Assembly: GCF_004010195.1 (NCBI RefSeq)
Contig: NC_057755.1
Span: 1,353,306 to 1,417,305, forward strand
Source: Chiloscyllium plagiosum
Taxonomy: Eukaryota
Direction: 5' to 3'
Length of the DNA stretch: 64,000 nt
Below, piece by piece: positions 13,919-22,900 of this stretch. The notes under the pieces are model-generated. The model ran no database searches. It saw nothing but the letters and a program-made list of their open reading frames with translations, and was not told the origin of the DNA. The translations under genes and the position numbers were made by a program. Position 1 is the first letter of the stretch. The number at the start of each line of letters is the position of its first letter.

Positions 13919-16900
13919 TCCAAACAGCTCACTCTTGAACTCCCAACTAGCTGGAGAGCCCTTTCGTTCTAGAGGTCACTTCTAAAACACTGGCCTGAAG
14001 TCTTTTCTGTGTATATATAAAGAAAAAGGCTTATAAACACCATTTAATCTCTGTACCAAACCAGTCTAATCAGCACCGAGAGCGGCTTATTACCCCTTTG
14101 AAAAAACCAAGGATATAGTATCCTTGAGAAAAGGAACAGCTTTTAGAAATAAGAAACGAGCTTTGTGACAGCTAGTGCTTCCAAATACACCTGTTGCACC
14201 ATAACCTGGTGTTGTTGCACTTTTAACTTTGTTCACCTTAAAGGTGTGACCCCTAGTCTTAAAAATGTCTTTCCTATGGAAAAGACAACTACCATTAACT
14301 CTATCTGTACCACTCATTATTTTATAAACTTCTACAAGGTCGTCTCTCAAACTCTTACACTCCAGTCAAAAAAGTCCCAGTCAACCAGCCTCTATTATAA
14401 TTCAAACCCTCCATTCCTGGCAACAGCCTGGTAAATTTCGTTTGAACGCTTTCCAGCTTAATAATAACCTTCATATAACAGGGCAACCAGAACGGGAGAC
14501 AGTACTCCAGAAGAGGCCTCACCAATATCCCATACACCCACAATCCTATACTTCCCAACTCTTATATCAATGAACTGAGCAATGAAGATAAAAGTGATAA
14601 ATGCCTTTTTATCCACACTGTCTACATATGACACAAACTGCAAAGAAGTCGACAGCATGCAAACAGCCCTTATCCATGCTGCCCAGTATTCAAAATTAAA
14701 CTAGTTCCATTTAGAGTCATAGAGATGTACATCACTTTGCTCCAACTCATCCATGTCGATCAGACATCCGAAAGTAATTTGGTTCCATTTGCCAACATTT
14801 GGCCCACTCCCTCTAAACACTTTCTATTCATGTACTTACCCAGATGCCTTTTAAATGTTGTAATTGTACCAGCCTCCACCACCTCCTCTGGCAGCTTGTT
14901 CCATACACACACCACTCTCTGCGTGAAAATTATGTCCTTCAAATCTTTGTTATTTCACCTTAAACTTCCTTTTGGACTCTCCTACCCTGGCATAAAGACC
15001 CGGGATATTCACCCTATCCCTATCCCTCTCACGATTTTATAAACTCTGTAAGTTCGGCCCTCAGCCGCTGATGCTCCAGAGAAAAAAAAAACCCCAGTCT
15101 ATTTCAGCCTGTCCCTGTAGCTCAAACACTCTATCCTTAAACTATTTTCTGAACCCTTTCAAGTATCTTCTTTCCGAAAGGAGGGAGATAAGAATTGAAT
15201 GCAGCATTCCAAAAGTGGCCTAACCAATGTCCTGCGCAGCCACAACATGACCTTTCAACTTCTATAGTCAATGCGCTGGCCAGTAAAGGCTTGGGTGTCA
15301 AACACTTCACTAAGGATAGAGAGAAGGTCATATATGAACACCTGAAGATAGTTGGACATTATTTTACATTGAATAAACTCGACCACTTAATCACCAAAGA
15401 TACAATACCTTAAATTTTTCACTTATCCTGAGGGGTAACAAAGGAATCATTCCTATGACACAAAACTGCAACAGAAAAGAGAAAACACACACAAATTAGA
15501 TAAAAGTATTGTGATCTCTTGTGTGTCAGACAGAAAACCTCCCTCATATAAATTGTCTCAGTCAATGCAACTGCAGAGTTTGTATTTAAAATTGTTTAAA
15601 ATAAGGTATCTCATTAATCAGAAGGAAATTGCCCCATTCTGATTGCCTGGTTTCAGCTCAGTCATTCTTTTGTGAGATGCAGGGTTACAACTCCTCAGAT
15701 ACTGAGGCAGCTTATGTCCAAAAGCAGCAGGAACTGAACAATAGCGGGACTTGGAATGAAAAATAGCAAGTATAAAGGTTTATAAAATCTTGAGGGGCCC
15801 GGATAGGGTGAATCGACAAGGTCTTTTCCCTGGAGTGGGGCAGTCTAGTACTGGAGGGCATAGGTTTCGGATGAGAGGTGCAAGGTCTAAAAGAGACCTA
15901 AGGGGCAACTTTTTTCACACAGAAGTTGGTGCGTGTATGGAATGGGCTGTCAACGGAATACGTGGAGGCTGATACAATTGAAAGCCTTCTGGCTGGGCAA
16001 ATGAATAGGGGGTTTAGAGGGATATGGGTCATGTGCAGACAAATGGGACTAGATTAGGTTACAATATCTGGCCGGTATGCACGAGTTGGACCGAAAAGTT
16101 TGTACATGTCTAAGGCTCGAAGACTAAGTAACATTCAAGCATCAGTCAATGACTGGGCACTGCATGTTGGCATAAGGTTAAGATTATATTTCAAATCAAC
16201 TTGGTCAACATGCCACACCAAAACGAGATGTTTGCACTTCTCCATTTAATAGTGCAGCAAATTATAGAATTACAGAGGAACACAGCAATTAAGGTAAGCC
16301 TACACTATCAGAGCAATTCCAAAGTGATGACACTACCTCGAGATCTCCCAAAAACATGAACCCATGTCAATCCTATCCAAATCCTACTGATCAGCCCTGA
16401 AACAAACAAAGACCAAGCCTACTTTTTGTTTCCTTCCAAAGTCTCCCACAGCCCCGCATCAACTCTACAGCAAGAGTATTGTGTGCAGTTCTGGAATCCA
16501 CATTGTAGAAGGGATGTGATGGCATAGGAGAGGGCGCAGAGGAGAATTTTACCTGAACTAGAGGGTTGCAATCACCAACAACAATTGGACATACTTGGGT
16601 TTGTTTTCCTTAGAGGAGACCAAGAGAGGATGTGTCAGAGGTGTGTAAAATTATGATGGATACAGACAAGAAGGAACATTTCCAGTTGGTGCAGGGGTCA
16701 ATAACTGGAGCATAGATTAAAGGTAGCATGTTCAGAAATGATGCATGGAAATCATTTTTTTACCAAGAGGGTAGTGGGAATCTGCAACTGTAAGAGTGGT
16801 AAAGGCAGAAACCGTCATATCTTTTAAGAACTATTAATAAGGCATGCAAGGCTGTGAGCTAAGTGCTGCAAAATGGGATCATTATAGAATCATCGAGTTG

Positions 16901-19900
16901 TACAGTTGAAACAGACCTTTTGACAATGCTGACCAGATATCCTAAATTAATCTACACCTGTTTGCCACCGTTTGGCCAATATCCCTCTAAGAAATTCCTG
17001 TTTTTGTACACATCCAGAGGCCTTTTAAATGTTGGAGTTTTCCTAATCTCAATAACTTCCTTTGGCAGCCCATTCCATACATGGACCACCTCTGTGTGAA
17101 AAAGTGACGACTCAAATTCCTTTTAAATTTTTCCCCTCTCACCCTAAACCAATGTCCTCTAGTTCTGGTCACCCCCACTCTGGACAAAGACCTTGGCAAT
17201 TCACGCTATGCTTGCCCCTCAAGATTTTATAAACCTCTATAAGCCTCTGAAGCTGCAGTGAGAACAGTCCAAACCTATTCAGCGTCTCCCTGGAGCTCAA
17301 ACCCTCCAACCCTGGCAACATTCTTGTAAATCTTCCCTGAACCATTTCACGTTTAATAACATTTTTCCTATAGCAGGGAGACTAGAATTGAATGCAGTAT
17401 TCGAAGTGTCCTGTACAACCACAACATGACATCCCAACTCTTCTACTGAATTGGGTGCTTCTTTTTGACTGGCGTGGACATGATGTGATGATTGGCTGAA
17501 GGGTCTTATTCTGTAGTAGATATCCATGAATCTATCGCTATATTTATCACTATAAAACATAGCTTCTTATGATATGTGAGATCCTTGACACAAATAAATC
17601 TGTCCTGCTCCACCCTGTATCTCTGTATCAGTCCTAACCCAAATCACCATCCAGTTTTCTACAATTAGACCCTTTTAATTTTTCTTTATTTAATTTGATT
17701 TATTATTGTCACGTGTACCTTGGTAAAGTTTTATTTTGCGTTGCAGTACAGGAAGATCATATCATACGAAATGTATGAGTAATAGAACAGAGCGAGGAAT
17801 ACAACATTACTGCTGCAGAGAAGACGCACAAAGACTGAGACCAACATGACATTTAAAACTGGAAAGGGTCCAATCTGAACTAATAACAGCAGGGAAGAAT
17901 CTGTTACTATGTGTGTTTAAGCTTTTGTATCTTCTGCCGGACGAAAGGGATTGGAAAAGATTATAACCGAGTGGGAGGGGGCATTGATGTTAGCTTCCTT
18001 TCTGGAGTAGCAGGAAGTATAGGTGGAGTCAATAGATGGGATGTTGGTTTATGGATAAAGAATGTTTTTCCCATTTTCTTCTATAGCCCTAAATCAATTA
18101 CGAAGCAAACCTATCCCAGTAGTCCCATAATTGTAGCTACTGAACCCAAATTAGTCCCACTGCCCTAATTCCTCTTCTTAGTTATGTATCAATGCAAATT
18201 AAGTTCAATATCAGGGTCCAGTCTGAGACCCTGATCAATCCGCAATAGGACCAATTTAAAGACTCTTACCAGAACGCCAGACCACCATGGAATGCGGGCC
18301 TGTGCAAATCGGCTATGGGGCGTTAAAATCGCCGATGCAGCTCCCAAAACACTGATTGTGAAGCCCAAGTACATTTGGCTTATCTGTAGACAAGTACCAA
18401 AGCAAAATAGGACATCAGCAATGAACAGACATAAAGGTTTGGTGATTAGCAGACAATCAAGAATTCAATGGTTTTCTAAATCAACATCAGGCACATGGTA
18501 TTTCTAACTGAATAGACACCAAAAGCGAAAAATTGAATGGTTATGCTCCATATCGGAACAAACATTTAACAAGCATTTGGAGGTAATGTTCTTGAGGGTT
18601 TGTGACTGGCCTAACAATTCAGAAGTCCATAACAAAGCTTGGGACATGAATGCCAGTCCTACCAGGCATCTGTAATGAAATCATGAAACCATAACTGATT
18701 GTTGTAAAAGCCCAATTGGCCCGTATATGTATTTTAAAGGAAATAAAATCAATCTTCCATTCCTGTAATGACCTACTACAACAATGTGGTCGCCTCTGAC
18801 ATGCCTGTACTAGACACATCCATTAAGGACAATAAGGCATGGGTAAAATTAGCAATGCCCTTGAAAGAAAATATTTTATTTGGTTTAAGTTAAGAGAAGC
18901 TGCTGGATACACCATGGATTGTGTGAACTTATTGTGGTATTAAAGCATGCATTTTTTTCCTTTTTTTTTGAAGAGAGGTTTTAAGGCAGAGGTGATGAGC
19001 TGTCTACCACAGTCAAAAGGATAAACAGCCCAGCGAGGCGTTTAGTTTTTATTTAAAAAATTGGATCCATAGAAGCAGCCTGAAGGGGTGTGGGAAAACT
19101 CCCATTGAACCAAGGCTTTCTGGTTTAGCTTTCTGCAGTTGCTGTTGGGGTCTTGAAGAAGAGGAAGTTATTTTTTCTTCCCCTCTTTCAGTTACAGTCA
19201 AAAGCTGGGCTGTTCTTTTATTGCTACAGGAGTTGCATATGACACCGTCTGTTTTTGAATTTGCCTGTTTTTATGAAGCATGGGTTTGTGTGATGTTATT
19301 ACATTGGAACAGTTAATTCGTAATAGTTACTGATCTATCATTTTGTTAAATTTTCCAATGGAGTTATGTGAACCCAATTCCTTCTTAGTTTGTTGCATTT
19401 TAACAATAGTGGATGAATAAAGTGTGTTTGCTTAATGTCAAGTGTATGACAAATTCAATTGCATCTGGAGCGTAACACCTCAAGAGGAAATGGTCTAGAC
19501 CTCCTTCTGAAAAGTGTGAGCGGGTTTGGTCTGGTCCACAATAAGTTGATAACATTATTAATGGAATGGAGTTTTCCTTCTGCAACTGATTAGCGATGCT
19601 CATGAGAAAGCAATGCTATGATACAGTAGCACGGTGGCAATTTTAGTTTTATTGACAAAAAATGGGCACTGAAACATTTATAATGTTTTTACGGACATGG
19701 CACAAAATTAAAATGGTAGAGGCCTTTATATATCCTTCTGCTCGGAAGTCTAAAATGAAATAAAAATATTCAGTCTGTAATGGACACCGGAACACAATTG
19801 CATTTATACTGGAATGAGATAAAGTACGGAACACATAGTACGCTGATAATCTTTAAGATTTGTTTTCATTCATTCACAGGATGTGAGTAGTAATGGCCAA

Positions 19901-22900
19901 GACAGCGTTTGTTGACTATGCCTAATTGCCCAGAGGGCAGTTCAGAGTAAACCACGTTGCTGAAGCCACCTGAAGGCCAGACCAGGTACGGACAGCTGTT
20001 TCCTTCCCTATTGGACAATACAGGGCCAAATGGGTTTTCTCGACAATGTTCCACTGGGATCCGTTCTATGTCCTCTTTTGTTTCTCATGTATATAAATGA
20101 TTTGGATGAGAATATCCAAAGCATGACTAGCAAGTTTGTGGAATATTGTGTACAATTCTGGTCTCCTTCCAATCGGAAGGATGTTGTGGAACTTGAAAGG
20201 GTATAGAAAAGATTCACAAGGATGTTGCCAGGGTTGGAGGATTCGAACTACAGAGAAAGGCCGAATAGGCTGGGTCTGTTTTCCCTCGAGTGTCAGAGGC
20301 TGAGGGGTGACCTTATCGAGGTTTATAAATGGTGAGGGGCATGGATATGATAAATAGACAAAGTCTTTTCCCTGGGGTGGTGGAGTCCATAAGACGGCAG
20401 AAGTTCAAGGTGAGAGGGGCAAGATTTAAAAGGGACCGAATGGGGCATCTATTTCATGCAGAGGGTGGTGCATGTATGGAATGAGCTGCCAGAGGAAGTG
20501 GTGGAGGCGACTACAATTATAGCATTTAAAAGGCATCTGAATGGGTATATGAATAGGAAGGGTTTGGCGGGATATGGGCCAAGAGCTTGCAAATGGGACT
20601 AGATTAGGATATCTGGTCAGCATGAACGTGTTTGACTGAAACAGCACTGTTTCCGTGCTGTACATCTCTATGAGTCGAAGACAAAACGTTGGTGGCATAG
20701 TAGAAAATGAAGAAGGCTTCCTAAGATGACAATGGGATATTGATCAAACGGATCAATGGGCCGAAACATGGCAGATAGAGTTTAACCTGGATAAATGCGA
20801 GATATCCCATTTTGGTACAGCCAACAAGGGTTGGGCTTACACTATTAATGATAGGGGCAAACGTTGTAATTAAATTCTCATTGAGCACCAGTGGGATCTT
20901 TTTGCATCCATCTTTTGGAATACTCACTGAAGGATATCGTAGCTTTCCATCACGTCCATAGTCTTTGACTTTATTTTTACCTGAGAGAGATCAATGTACG
21001 GAAAACAGTTCATCATCAGAAAATCAAAATGGGTTTTTAGTATTCTATTAGCAATGTTCCAGCGCATTATTTGATCTTGCATTAAATCCCTACCTCCCGC
21101 CCAGATGAGACAAGAGTTTACTTCGAGGCATACAACATAGACAGAACCCTTTGGTCCATCGTGTCTATGCCAAACACCAAACATTTACCTGGAACTTGGT
21201 CGGTAACTTACTGCACACCCTGAAACTTGAAGCGCTCAACTCAATGCTTCATAAATGCTGTAAGAGTTTCTGCCAGTCCCACTCTCTCTGGCACAACCCC
21301 ATATTTCTACCACCCTCTAGGTGAAAAAATCTGCCCTCAGGTCAGTTACACATTACTTTAAACTTATACCCTCTTTAGGTACCTCTGCCATGGGGCGGTA
21401 ATTCCCATGATGCACTCTGTGCTGCCTTGCATACATTCTATTTCTGGGCCTGACCTTCCATGGAGAGCTCTGCCTCAAAATTCTCACAGACAGCACTTCC
21501 ATAGCAGTCACTCCGCACTTGCTGTCACAAGACAGGAATGTTCGAAGGACACAAAACTTCAGTGAGAGGCGACCAAATGAATGCATGTGTGTGAGTAAGA
21601 TGTGTAAGTAATTTGAGAGAGTAACAGGACAGCTTGGCAACTGAGTGAGGGGTCAGGATGGTAGCGTGTACGAGAGGTTGTAGAGTCATAGACATGTGCA
21701 GCACAGAACCAGACCCTTCAGTCTAACTCGTTCATGCTGACCAGATATTCTAAATTATTCTAATCTTGTTCGCCAGCACTTGGCACATATCCCTCTAAAC
21801 CCTTCTTATTCATATACCCATCCTGATGTCTTTCAATTGTACCAGCCTATTCATACACCCAGATGCTTTTAAATGTTGTGCCAGTCTCCACCACTTTCTC
21901 TGGCAGCTCATTCCATACACGCAACCCACTCTGTATGAAAAAGCTGCCCCTCAGTTCCTTTTTAAATCTTTCCCTTCTCACCTGAAACCCGTACCCTCTA
22001 GTTTCGGAATTCCCCACTCAGGGAAAGAAAGATCTTGGTTATAGACTCTAAGCAGGCCTCGTATGACTTTTATAAACCTCCATAAAATCAACCCTTCAAC
22101 CTCTGACACTCCAGGGAAAATATCTCTAGTCTATTCAGCCTCTCCCTGTAGCTGAAACACTCCAACCCTCACAACATCCTTGTCAATCTTTATAAGAAGT
22201 GTGAAGTGAGGACAAGGGGAGAATAGAGGGGAGGAACAGGGGAGGCGGTGGGGTTGATGTAGAGAGGGAGGGGGGAAGGCGATAAGTGGGGGTGAGAGAA
22301 GTGGAAGTTAGAGGGAAAGGGGTGAGGAGGGGAAGTGTGGCGAGGTGGAGAGTAAAAGGAATGAGGAGGGGAAGGGGATTGAATGAGGAGAGTCATAGGG
22401 ATGGGAAAGGAAGGTGAGGGGTGGGGATGGAAGAGGAGGGAAAATAGGTAAAGGAACGGGGAGGAAGACTGAGTTTGGATTGTCGGTTGAGGGTGTTTGA
22501 CACACCTTTATGCTCTAACTTTTCCTGGGTTACTCTCCAAGTAATCGTTTTTGAATCCTTCGAAGCTCCCTGATTCCAGCCTTTGATGTAATGGTTTCCG
22601 ATGCAGAGTAATCTGCCAATCATAAGATTCAACTGTCAGGCCATCTCCACATAGTCAGTGCATTGGAAACTTGGTGGGGCTAAACCTCCCTCATTCCTTG
22701 GCGTGATTGTTTTTCCAATCAGCTGGGTGTGTATCTGAATTTTGACAAGTACGACCAATACATTTTTCTGCTCACCGGACAAGTCCCTCGCAACTTGAGA
22801 TGCTGACCAGAATGTTAAAATACTCACGGACATTTGCTTTTACATTTCGCTTATTGATTGGCTGCTTTAACTCTGAATCTTGGTCATGATCAGGGCTCGC

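Noticed and set aside
13711..13932. (IYLS)n ORF and similar His/Thr- or Cys/Val-rich ORFs (42122, 56236)
   Set aside because: Translations of microsatellites.
22506..22632. Possible extra linker exon (ESYDWQITLHRK...)
   Set aside because: Poor polypyrimidine tract and an in-frame stop before the best donor.
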